Of a DNA stretch of 64,000 bases, positions 37,516 to 45,493 are shown piece by piece. A program made the position numbers and the translations under genes. The notes beneath the pieces are model-generated. The model worked only from the letters and a program-made list of their open reading frames with translations. It had not been told where the DNA came from and did not search any database. The stretch lies in NCBI GenBank assembly GCA_964427735.1, contig CAYRUS010000001.1:226173-290172 (forward strand). The letters run 5' to 3'. Position 1 is the stretch's first letter. Each line of letters begins with the position of its first letter. This stretch comes from an uncultured Gammaproteobacteria bacterium (GTDB taxonomy: Bacteria > Patescibacteriota > Microgenomatia > UBA8517).

Positions 37516-38778
37516 TTACTTTGACAAACCGATCATTCCCAAAAAACCACTGAAATCAAAGTCCCATTCAAATTCCATATCAGAATCAAATGGCCATTCA
37601 AAGTCTGGGAAATCAAAGCCGCCAATTACGTTACTGTTAGCAGTATTTTCTACTGTAGCACTAACGTTAGCATCACTAGTAATGATTGCTGGGTCTGATC
37701 CATCTACATCACCAGTATTTGAATTTGCATCATTTTTACCGGTACTTGCATCAAGATCTTCCAGATCATTGTCTAGATCTGCATCATTATCTTGGTCGTA
37801 AGCGATAAGACTATCAAGTCTTAGGTCAATTAAGTTTGAACCACCTAATCTTCCGTCATCAGCTCCGTTACCAGAAATTTTTGCAAGAATATCCCAACCG
37901 CATCCGCAGTCGATATTTGCACTGTTAAAGTTAACAGCGTTCAAAACGTTTGCTGTTACATCAGCTGCACCTGTTTGTATAACAACTTCTCCTCCAGTAT
38001 TGAAGTTTGCATCGTTATAACCTGTTGCAGCATCAACATCAACATCATTGTCGACATCTGCATCGTTATCTTGATCAATGCTGTTTTCTTTATCCAGTCT
38101 TGCGTCAATATCATTCCAAGAACCTGCTCCGTTTCCTAAGATTCGGAAGCTTGCTGTTGGATTATCATCGCCGTTTCCGCCAATTCTTGCAAAGTTGCTA
38201 TTAGCTAAAGTTGCTAAAGTAACTCCTACAGTAGAATCACCGGTAAGCACAACAACACTGTCATTTCCATCGAAACTTCCAGTGTTAAGGTTGGCATTAT
38301 TGCCTCCTGTTTTAGCTTTTACATCGACATCATTGTCGACATCGGCGTCGTTGTCTTGATCAATGCTGTGTAAAACATCAGATCTCAAATCAACATAGTT
38401 TTGAGAATCTGCACCGTTGCCCTCAATAAGGACATCAGCGTCTTGACCTTCACAGCATTCTACATCAGCAACATTTGTGTTAACTGAGTTAACAATTCCA
38501 ACATTGACATCTGCATTACCAGTAAGAACACCTACCTCACCGCCAGTATTGTATTTGGCGTTGTTATTTCCTGTGGAAGCATCAACGTCTACATCATTGT
38601 CGATATCGGCATCATTGTTTTGGTTTACAGTTGTCTCTGTGGAGTAGTTTACGCTTGCATCATTTACGCTACCTACACCATTTCCAGTTATTTGAACTGT
38701 TGTGGCACCTAGTACCGGAAGTACAGCATAAGCCATTAACCCTGTTGCTGCTGCTGCTGAAACTAATTTTTTATACAT
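37516..38778 (-). CDS. secreted repeat surface protein (paralog C), Asp/Asn-rich repeats, first gene of array
   Basis: Signal peptide. About five repeats of IDQDNDADVDNDVDV-x-A-x-TG-x-N-x-AN-x-NTG...TGxAxV with conserved Cys pairs (ECCEG, CGCG). Strong SD AGGGGGTGA sits 8 nt upstream of the ATG. Confidence 0.65.
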   Translation of the reverse strand: MYKKLVSAAAATGLMAYAVLPVLGATTVQITGNGVGSVNDASVNYSTETTVNQNNDADIDNDVDVDASTGNNNAKYNTGGEVGVLTGNADVNVGIVNSVNTNVADVECCEGQDADVLIEGNGADSQNYVDLRSDVLHSIDQDNDADVDNDVDVKAKTGGNNANLNTGSFDGNDSVVVLTGDSTVGVTLATLANSNFARIGGNGDDNPTASFRILGNGAGSWNDIDARLDKENSIDQDNDADVDNDVDVDAATGYNDANFNTGGEVVIQTGAADVTANVLNAVNFNSANIDCGCGWDILAKISGNGADDGRLGGSNLIDLRLDSLIAYDQDNDADLDNDLEDLDASTGKNDANSNTGDVDGSDPAIITSDANVSATVENTANSNVIGGFDFPDFEWPFDSDMEFEWDFDFSGFLGMIGLSK

Positions 38779-38789
38779 TATTTATATAT

Positions 38790-38925
38790 TCACCCCCTCT
38801 CGTCGTATATTTCTCCGAATTAATTCGGAGGCACTTCTAAACCGTTTCTAAAAAGAAACGGAGGCATCCCAATCCAAATTTAACTTTAGATTGGAAGGCC
38901 TCCGTTTGCGGTCAGCTTTCCGGTT
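38790..38925 (-). promoter_or_regulatory. structured 5' leader of the surface-protein array with several perfect palindromes
   Basis: CTCCGAATTAATTCGGAG (38813-38830), CCGTTTCTAAAAAGAAACGG (38842-38861), CCAATC...GATTGG (about 38869-38894), and recurring GCCTCCG/CGGAGGC elements. Confidence 0.4.
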
Positions 38926-39015
38926 TTTATTTAGAACATATTATATTTCTATAATTTTTATAATTCTGATTTACTCAGGTCTCGCCTATATATACTTATA
39001 ATTATTTTGTTATTT

Positions 39016-39021
39016 TGTCAA
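39016..39021 (-). promoter_or_regulatory. candidate -35 (TTGACA on minus strand) of a promoter driving the surface-protein leader
   Basis: TTGACA on the minus strand, with AT-rich TATA-like sequence 15-19 nt downstream. This would give a roughly 200-nt leader. Confidence 0.25.
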
Positions 39022-39091
39022 TAGATTATCTGTAATGATAGTGTAAGAAAAGTGTTAAATTAACAAGTTTTGGTTACACTAAATCTATTAA

Positions 39092-39250
39092 TTATTTGGT
39101 GCTGTTAGTCTTTTTAATCCTCCTTACGGTAATTTGAGTAACAGCACCATCTTGGATATACAACTCAACGCTTCCATAACGACCGACGTTTTTTATAGCG
39201 TCTTTTATCTCTGCTATAAGTTGTCTCGTTATTTTTTGACTTGAGTACAT
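39092..39250 (-). CDS. small protein (52 aa), YezD/DUF2292-like
   Basis: Not in the ORF track because it is short. MYSSQKITRQLIAEIKDAIKNVGRYGSVELYIQDGAVTQITVRRIKKTNSTK. The GSVEL.IQDG.V.QI pattern recalls the YezD family. It starts 9 nt after the stop of the upstream gene. Confidence 0.4.
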   Translation of the reverse strand: MYSSQKITRQLIAEIKDAIKNVGRYGSVELYIQDGAVTQITVRRIKKTNSTK

Positions 39251-39259
39251 AAATTTTCT

Positions 39260-40045
39260 TTACTTACTTAAATTTAATGGCACATCTTGTTTCTCACCGT
39301 TAATTTCGCCAACTTTAAGTACAAATTCAGTGTCATCTTTATTTACAGAAAAACCTACTCTTGTATGTTTTGTGGAGATTGCCAATATCTGGACTGGGTC
39401 ATTGTGCATTTCTGGAGCTAATTGCTCATCTTCTCTACCTTCTGCAACAAGCCTTACAAAATCTTTTGTATTCATTTCAATTGCCTGATCTAACTCGTTG
39501 GTAATTTTTAAATTAATAACTAAGAATATTTTTCCTTCAGTCGCATATGCTTGTTGACCTTGTACTAGTACTGTGTCTCTAAGTTGTGCTTTTTCAAGTT
39601 CAAATTTCACACTCGATATTTCATTACCCTCTTCATCTTTTAAAGGGAAGCTAAATTCGCGGTTAATTTCTTGTTCTGCAATAATTCCTTTTATTGAAGT
39701 ATTTTTACCTGCAACCTCTGTATTTTTAGTATCATCACCATTAAAGTAGGAAATAAAACCAAAAACTACAATAAGAACACAAATCCCCAACAAAACATAA
39801 AAGTATTTTCTTTTTGATTTTTTATTTACTGGCATGTCATTCTCTGTTCTATATGATCTGTTTCTTCTTATATTACCAATGTTAAATAATTTTCTTCTTG
39901 AATTCATAAACATATTTATAAGTGTATTTTTTATGGTCAACCCACTAAAGCCAGAGCTTATGATCCCCTCACCGACATATCCCAAATTTATTCTATTATG
40001 AAGTCCTGCGAACTTAGAGGCGGTTGATCTTGATACGTCTGCCAT
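39260..40045 (-). CDS. membrane-anchored hypothetical protein (DUF4352-like extracytoplasmic domain?)
   Basis: The basic N-terminus and single TM helix (YFYVLLGICVLIVVFGFISYF) are followed by a beta-rich domain. The true start may be an internal ATG at 39913 or 39835. Confidence 0.45.
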   Translation of the reverse strand: MADVSRSTASKFAGLHNRINLGYVGEGIISSGFSGLTIKNTLINMFMNSRRKLFNIGNIRRNRSYRTENDMPVNKKSKRKYFYVLLGICVLIVVFGFISYFNGDDTKNTEVAGKNTSIKGIIAEQEINREFSFPLKDEEGNEISSVKFELEKAQLRDTVLVQGQQAYATEGKIFLVINLKITNELDQAIEMNTKDFVRLVAEGREDEQLAPEMHNDPVQILAISTKHTRVGFSVNKDDTEFVLKVGEINGEKQDVPLNLSK

Positions 40046-40156
40046 GTTCTAAATGGACAGATACTATACGGTGGATAGTACATAAGGATAGGGGGATTGT
40101 CAAGATGCCAAATTAGTATAAGAGTAGAAAATAAAATTTTTTTTAGTCTAATATCT

Positions 40157-40462
40157 TTAGTTGTATTCTATTTTTAATTGCTCATCTTCTCGAATATTCT
40201 TGTTGTTAACTTTAATTCCTAAACTCCATGCTAGTGCTTGAGCCACACTAGCACCAACTCTAATTCCTGTATATGAACCAGGTCCAGTATTTACTTCTAT
40301 TTCCGAAATATCACTTAAATCTTTACCACTTTTTTTTAATGATTCCTCAATAAAAGCAAGTAACTTTTGAGACTTATTTTCTCTTGCTTTCGTTTGGTAC
40401 TCCTGATCTCCTACTTTGATAATTATTTCCTCTGCATCAGTTGTGTCTATGTATAATTTCAT
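40157..40462 (-). CDS. tsaB: short TsaB/YeaZ-like protein (N-terminal half only) of the t6A tRNA modification system
   Basis: 101 aa with the TGPGSYTGIRVG motif of the TsaB/Kae1 family. Overlaps tsaE by 4 nt. Ends at a stop with no continuation in any frame. Confidence 0.6.
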   Translation of the reverse strand: MKLYIDTTDAEEIIIKVGDQEYQTKARENKSQKLLAFIEESLKKSGKDLSDISEIEVNTGPGSYTGIRVGASVAQALAWSLGIKVNNKNIREDEQLKIEYN

Positions 40463-40929
40463 TTTTTATATCCTTCTACTTTTATAATTCTTTTGTGGTT
40501 ATTTATCTGGAAATTAACCTTAATTGTATTATCTGGAAGCAAATCATTAATTTTATCCGCCCACTCAATTAAGAATATATTTTTGGGATCTTCCCAGGCG
40601 TCCTTTATACCAAGTTCTGCAAATTCCTGATCTATATTGCTCTCTAATCTATATAAATCTATATGATAAAAATTCTCAAAAGGAACACTGCTTTCAGTTA
40701 CTTTGTAGGACCTTGTAATAATAAATGTTGGAGAAACAAGTCTACTTTTAATTCCAAAACGATCTGCAAATCCCTGTACAAAAGTTGTCTTCCCTGCTCC
40801 CAATCCTCCGATCAAAGCAACAACAGTTCCTTTTTCTAAATTCTTAGTTTCCTTTATTTTTATAATGTCAGTTGCAATTTTTTTGCCAGCCTCTTTAGTT
40901 TCTTCGGGGCTTTTGGTAACAATTTCCAT
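40459..40929 (-). CDS. tsaE: tRNA threonylcarbamoyladenosine biosynthesis ATPase TsaE (YjeE)
   Basis: 156 aa. P-loop LIGGLGAGKTTF and SPTF motif typical of TsaE. Confidence 0.75.
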   Translation of the reverse strand: MEIVTKSPEETKEAGKKIATDIIKIKETKNLEKGTVVALIGGLGAGKTTFVQGFADRFGIKSRLVSPTFIITRSYKVTESSVPFENFYHIDLYRLESNIDQEFAELGIKDAWEDPKNIFLIEWADKINDLLPDNTIKVNFQINNHKRIIKVEGYKK

Positions 40930-41294
40930 ATTAGATAAATAGATAAACTAGCTCCTATTGTATCAAATATCACATCATAAGCTCTTGGAGACCTTCCAGG
41001 TGTAAATGACTGATGTATCTCATCTGTTAATCCATAAATAAATGAAATTATAATTGCCAATTTAGCTGCTTCCTTTTTTGAGTAATTTGAGTTTAAAAAT
41101 GCCCGGTAGACAAGCAATGACAAAACACCATACACAAATATATGGGCTAACTTTTTGGCTATAAAATCCTTCCAAAAAAATTTTGAGGTTGAAACTGTTG
41201 GGTAAGATGAGAAAGTAAATATAATAGTTGCCCATATGACAACAGGTAACCACAAAAAAATAGTCTTTAAGATTTCATTTTTGTTTTTTGGCAC
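40860..41294 (-). CDS. VanZ-family membrane protein
   Basis: 144 aa, 4 TM helices, AHIFVYGVL...DEIHQSFTPGRSPRAYDVIFDTIG VanZ signature. Its 3' end overlaps the tsaE start by 70 nt. Confidence 0.6.
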   Translation of the reverse strand: MPKNKNEILKTIFLWLPVVIWATIIFTFSSYPTVSTSKFFWKDFIAKKLAHIFVYGVLSLLVYRAFLNSNYSKKEAAKLAIIISFIYGLTDEIHQSFTPGRSPRAYDVIFDTIGASLSIYLIWKLLPKAPKKLKRLAKKLQLTL

Positions 41295-41310
41295 ATTGCT
41301 ATTATAACTC

Positions 41311-42144
41311 CTAATCCTTATCTATTTCTTCTCTTTTTGATTTATAAAATATATACCCTGCTCCACTAGCAAAACTAATTCCTGCCCCGGAAAAAAGTAC
41401 TGCTGTAATTGGAAATTTTTCTTTATTATCTTCTGTCACTGTGATACTTCCTGACGGAGTTGACTCTGGAGGTTGTGTATTTTGAATACCTAAAACTATT
41501 TTTTTGTCAGTTTTAGTTTTTTTGTTTTCTTTGATATATGGAGAAGGATTAATGATAGAATTTTTATTACCCTCAAAATTTACTTCAGAAGATAATTCCG
41601 TTGGTTGCGGATTATCCAAATTAGGAAAGGGAGTTTTTGTTGGCTTTGGAATTTTTGAAGGAGGTGCAGAATTTGCATTTCCTTTTGTTGGGATAAGCAT
41701 TTGGGAAGCAAAGCTTTTTCCATCTGGTACTCTACCCCAACTCATATTATCTTTTGATTTCTCATAAGTATAACTATCTTCTGCCTCTGTGATTGTTTTA
41801 TCTTTTAGGGTTAGATAAATTGTTTCATCTGAATTATTAATAGAAAATTTTCCTGCAGCAGTAATTACCCTCCATTCGCCTTTGCCAATTTTTATATCAC
41901 CGTTAACTATGTTTTGTTCGATATTTATTTCATTTCCTGCTTTGTCTACCAATTTATACAAACTCAAATCGCTATTTTCACCATCATTGTATATTTCAAT
42001 CCATTCATTGTTTTTATCTTCACCGGAAGGATTAGGAAGAATTTCATTAATGTATAGTTTTGCTTGTATGGAAGAAACTGAAATTTTGAAAAAAATTACT
42101 TCAAGCAGTGTTAGTGCTAGAAAATAAGTAATTTTAGTCATCAA
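41311..42144 (-). CDS. secreted lamin-tail-domain (LTD) protein with C-terminal TM anchor
   Basis: Signal peptide, then LYINEILPNPSGEDKNNEWIEIYNDGENSDLSLYKLVDKAGN LTD motif. Pro/Thr linker, then a C-terminal TM helix and basic tail. Confidence 0.65.
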   Translation of the reverse strand: MMTKITYFLALTLLEVIFFKISVSSIQAKLYINEILPNPSGEDKNNEWIEIYNDGENSDLSLYKLVDKAGNEINIEQNIVNGDIKIGKGEWRVITAAGKFSINNSDETIYLTLKDKTITEAEDSYTYEKSKDNMSWGRVPDGKSFASQMLIPTKGNANSAPPSKIPKPTKTPFPNLDNPQPTELSSEVNFEGNKNSIINPSPYIKENKKTKTDKKIVLGIQNTQPPESTPSGSITVTEDNKEKFPITAVLFSGAGISFASGAGYIFYKSKREEIDKD

Positions 42145-43302
42145 TTAATAATTTACATGGAGATACAACGTATCAATATCCGAATCCTCATGATCTACAC
42201 GTACATACCTTAAAGCACATCCTCCATTGCCAGTATAACTTCCTCGATATAAATTACCGCTTCTAACAGCCCTTACTTCAGGAGAAGATAAACTATTAAT
42301 ATCTAATCCATCATGAAAGTGATACCATACAGTCCTACTGCTTATAGCAGATGTATTGGAACCATATCCTTGATTGAATTTTATTGGAGGGCTTATTGGC
42401 CAATCCCAGCTACCAGATGGATTAAATGAATCTCCTCCTGAATTGTTCTCATGGCTTACACCTGGCTTTAAATAATTTAATGGATTATCTGTAACTCCTC
42501 CGGGCTTTCTTACAGTAAAGTGCAAATGTGTGCCGTTTGAATTACAAGATCGACCTTGAATAATTGATGCAATTCTCTGACCAGCACTTACGGGACCCAC
42601 CTTTGTTTCCTCACCTTTTCCTGCAATAATTGCTTGAATAGCTTCATACTCTGCCTTTGTTTGAGCTAGTAAATTCTGATACATTTTTTCATCATTTTTC
42701 GTTACTCTAAGTAGCTCATCTTTTGCTGAACGTTGCGATCCTAAAACTTTGTTTTGTTCTTCTAGCTCTTTTTGCAGAACTTCCTGATCTGCCTTTTCCT
42801 CTATATAACTACCCTGAACTTCTTGGAGCCTTTGCATTAAATCTCTATCTGCTTCTTGCAGCCTTTGCAAATAATAATATCGGGAAATTGCATCAGAAAT
42901 ATTGTCTGCCGATAACATTATAAATAATGGTTCAGTAGAACGAGACATTTTATATGACTCAATAACACGTTCGTCAAAAGCTTTTTCTAGTGCACTCATA
43001 GAAACTTGAAGCCTATCTATTCGCCCACCGAGTGCTTGAATTTTTTCGTTAGTTTGTTCTATCTTTAGAAGAGTTAACCTGATCTGTGCATCAAATTGAT
43101 TTATTTGATTAGAGAGGGTGTTCGCTTCTGATTTAAGCTTTTGTATCTCGGCCTCATATTCTTTGATCTTATCATTTAATTCATTAAGCTTTTGTTCTTC
43201 AGATTGGGCATTAACCGGTTCATAAGCTCGAATGCTTCCAAAGACAAGAAGCAATACCAACATCAATCCTAGAGAGATAATTTTACCGTGGTTTTTTATC
43301 AT
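42145..43302 (-). CDS. EnvC-like murein hydrolase activator: coiled-coil plus M23 peptidase domain
   Basis: Signal-anchor, about 200 aa of coiled coil, and a C-terminal M23 domain (CNSNGTHLHFTVRKPGG). Confidence 0.75.
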   Translation of the reverse strand: MIKNHGKIISLGLMLVLLLVFGSIRAYEPVNAQSEEQKLNELNDKIKEYEAEIQKLKSEANTLSNQINQFDAQIRLTLLKIEQTNEKIQALGGRIDRLQVSMSALEKAFDERVIESYKMSRSTEPLFIMLSADNISDAISRYYYLQRLQEADRDLMQRLQEVQGSYIEEKADQEVLQKELEEQNKVLGSQRSAKDELLRVTKNDEKMYQNLLAQTKAEYEAIQAIIAGKGEETKVGPVSAGQRIASIIQGRSCNSNGTHLHFTVRKPGGVTDNPLNYLKPGVSHENNSGGDSFNPSGSWDWPISPPIKFNQGYGSNTSAISSRTVWYHFHDGLDINSLSSPEVRAVRSGNLYRGSYTGNGGCALRYVRVDHEDSDIDTLYLHVNY

Positions 43303-44219
43303 CGCAAAGCTCTTCTAGATCTAGAAACTGCAAAGCTGCTTCCGATAATTGCCAAAAAAGAACTTAGGATCAATTCTACTCCAAGAATTGCCAAGAAGAA
43401 TATAAAGAATTCATTTGTGTTTTGAGGCAAGACAGGCAATGAACTAAATAAATTAAGCACCGTAGGTGTAGCATACAACACAATAATAAAAGCAAACAAC
43501 CAACCAACAAACGCTCCGGCTATTGCATAAAAAAGTGCTTCTAGCAAAATAGGTTTATAAATAAAACCACTATTTGCACCAATCAAATCAAGAATTTCAA
43601 TCTCACTTTTTCTTATATGCATCCTCATGCTAATGATGATAAGCAACACAAAAAGTGAAGCTGTTATTTGAAAAGCAATGTAACTTCCACCCACTACTCT
43701 TGTGTAATAACTTATCTTTCTTAGCCTTTCGATTACAAGGGATAGCTGTTCTTCACTGCCTAAGTTGGCAGTAAACCCAACTTGATCAACTGTTTGATTA
43801 TTTCTTAATCCTTCCATTACTTCCTCTGCAAAATTCAAATCAACCAACGAAAACTCTATACTTGCAGGAAGTGTTTCCGGACTTACTAATTCAGACAAAA
43901 GTGGGTTGTAAGAAGTACCCTCTTTATATATTTCAAACGCTTCTTCTTTTGAGACATACCTGACTTCTTTTATCTTTGAATCTCTTTCCAGTTGACTTTG
44001 AAGCGTAGCAATGTCCTCTTGAGTAGCATCGTTTTTCAGAAAGGCAATAACCTGAGGACGGGTTTCATAATATTTAAGTGTAATATTGGATGAATACACA
44101 AGCACAGCATGAATAGTTGTTACAAAAAATGTGATTCCTAATACAAAAATAGCTGCAATAGCTTGGTAAGGAAACCTTCTTATATATCCGGCTGCTGTTT
44201 TAAAATGTATGTTTGACAT
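43299..44219 (-). CDS. ftsX: cell division permease FtsX
   Basis: 306 aa. TM1, periplasmic domain, 3 C-terminal TM helices. Immediately downstream of ftsE, with which it shares 1 nt; overlaps the EnvC-like gene by 4 nt. Confidence 0.8.
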   Translation of the reverse strand: MSNIHFKTAAGYIRRFPYQAIAAIFVLGITFFVTTIHAVLVYSSNITLKYYETRPQVIAFLKNDATQEDIATLQSQLERDSKIKEVRYVSKEEAFEIYKEGTSYNPLLSELVSPETLPASIEFSLVDLNFAEEVMEGLRNNQTVDQVGFTANLGSEEQLSLVIERLRKISYYTRVVGGSYIAFQITASLFVLLIIISMRMHIRKSEIEILDLIGANSGFIYKPILLEALFYAIAGAFVGWLFAFIIVLYATPTVLNLFSSLPVLPQNTNEFFIFFLAILGVELILSSFLAIIGSSFAVSRSRRALR

Positions 44220-44911
44220 TATTCTTTACTTTTCTTGGACTTTTTTGATTTTGGCTTTTCTGGACTTTTTATATTTCCTTTATCTAAATAGATAACTCTT
44301 TTATTATATTTTTCCATTAATATTTTGTGGTGAGTTGCAACAATTATTGTTTTGCCTTCGTTATTTATACGATTAAATAGTTCCATAATCGCCTCTGAAG
44401 TATCCCAATCTAAATTTCCTGTTGGTTCATCAGCTAAAATAATTTTGGGATTCACTACCAAAGCTCTAGCTAATGAAACTCTTTGAAGCTCTCCTCCAGA
44501 AAGCTGAGAAGGAAACAAGTGTGATCTATCAATTAAACCTACTAACTCAAGAACTTTATCTACACGTTCATACCATTCTCGATGGTTAATGCCAATAACA
44601 GCCAAAGCTACCTCAATATTTTCCCGTACTGTCCTTTCAGGTAAAACTTTAAAATCTTGAAACACTACCCCAATTTCCCGTCTATGGCTTGGAATTTCTT
44701 TTTTCTTTAAGGATTCAATATTCCTGCCATCAAAAATAATTTCTCCTGTATCTGGAATCAAGTCGTGAAGAATTAATCTGAGAAGTGTGGTTTTACCAGA
44801 ACCAGAAGGGCCTGTCAAAAACACAAACTCTCCCTCATCTACATTAAATGAAATTTCTCGCAAAGCTTCTATCGTCCCAAAAGTCTTTTTAACGTTTTTT
44901 ACTTGTAACAT
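44219..44911 (-). CDS. ftsE: cell division ABC ATPase FtsE
   Basis: Walker A GPSGSGKTT, signature LSGGELQRVSLARAL, Walker [12 protein letters not shown]. Confidence 0.85.
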   Translation of the reverse strand: MLQVKNVKKTFGTIEALREISFNVDEGEFVFLTGPSGSGKTTLLRLILHDLIPDTGEIIFDGRNIESLKKKEIPSHRREIGVVFQDFKVLPERTVRENIEVALAVIGINHREWYERVDKVLELVGLIDRSHLFPSQLSGGELQRVSLARALVVNPKIILADEPTGNLDWDTSEAIMELFNRINNEGKTIIVATHHKILMEKYNKRVIYLDKGNIKSPEKPKSKKSKKSKE

Positions 44912-44995
44912 GGCAGATTTTTCAATCTAAAGAATAGCAAATGAAATCAAATAAGACCAGAAGATATTTAAATTGTTGTCATGCACACATCAATT

Positions 44996-45445
44996 TTATT
45001 TAATCTCCTTAATTCTACCTACATCCATTAACCAAGGTGCTTTTTGGGCTGCCAGCGTTGCACCCCATACTTGAACTTCTTTGCCCACATAGGCATCTAA
45101 GTTTATTACTGTGGAATTTAAATAAACGTATTGACTTTCATCGTCACCTCTAACCAAATGATGAGTACCTTCTCCTCCCATTCCACCTACTTCAAGCGTT
45201 CCTTCTGCGGTATCTTTAAACACACTATCATCCTCAATTCCAGCCTCTCCATTCACAATTCCACCTGGAGCAACCTCCGAAGGTCCAGTAGATCCTGTAC
45301 TGCCCGCAATTCTTCCAGAAAGCCACCAACCTGTACTGATTCCTGCCAATACAGTTAAAAGTGCAAAAAGAATAATTGGTTTTGTTCCTTTAGAACTTTT
45401 TTTATTACCGGAAAACGATCTTACTAAAGGTTTTGAATAAGCCAT
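44996..45445 (-). CDS. membrane-anchored hypothetical protein
   Basis: 149 aa. N-terminal TM helix and a Gly-rich soluble domain. Confidence 0.4.
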   Translation of the reverse strand: MAYSKPLVRSFSGNKKSSKGTKPIILFALLTVLAGISTGWWLSGRIAGSTGSTGPSEVAPGGIVNGEAGIEDDSVFKDTAEGTLEVGGMGGEGTHHLVRGDDESQYVYLNSTVINLDAYVGKEVQVWGATLAAQKAPWLMDVGRIKEIK

Positions 45446-45493
45446 GAGATAAGTTTACACCAGTGTTAATACCATGACAAGAATATTTGAATC

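Noticed and set aside
40860-40929. Treating the 70-nt VanZ/tsaE overlap as an annotation error
   Set aside because: Both frames are well supported by family motifs. The overlap is kept but flagged. tsaE may initiate downstream at a non-ATG start.
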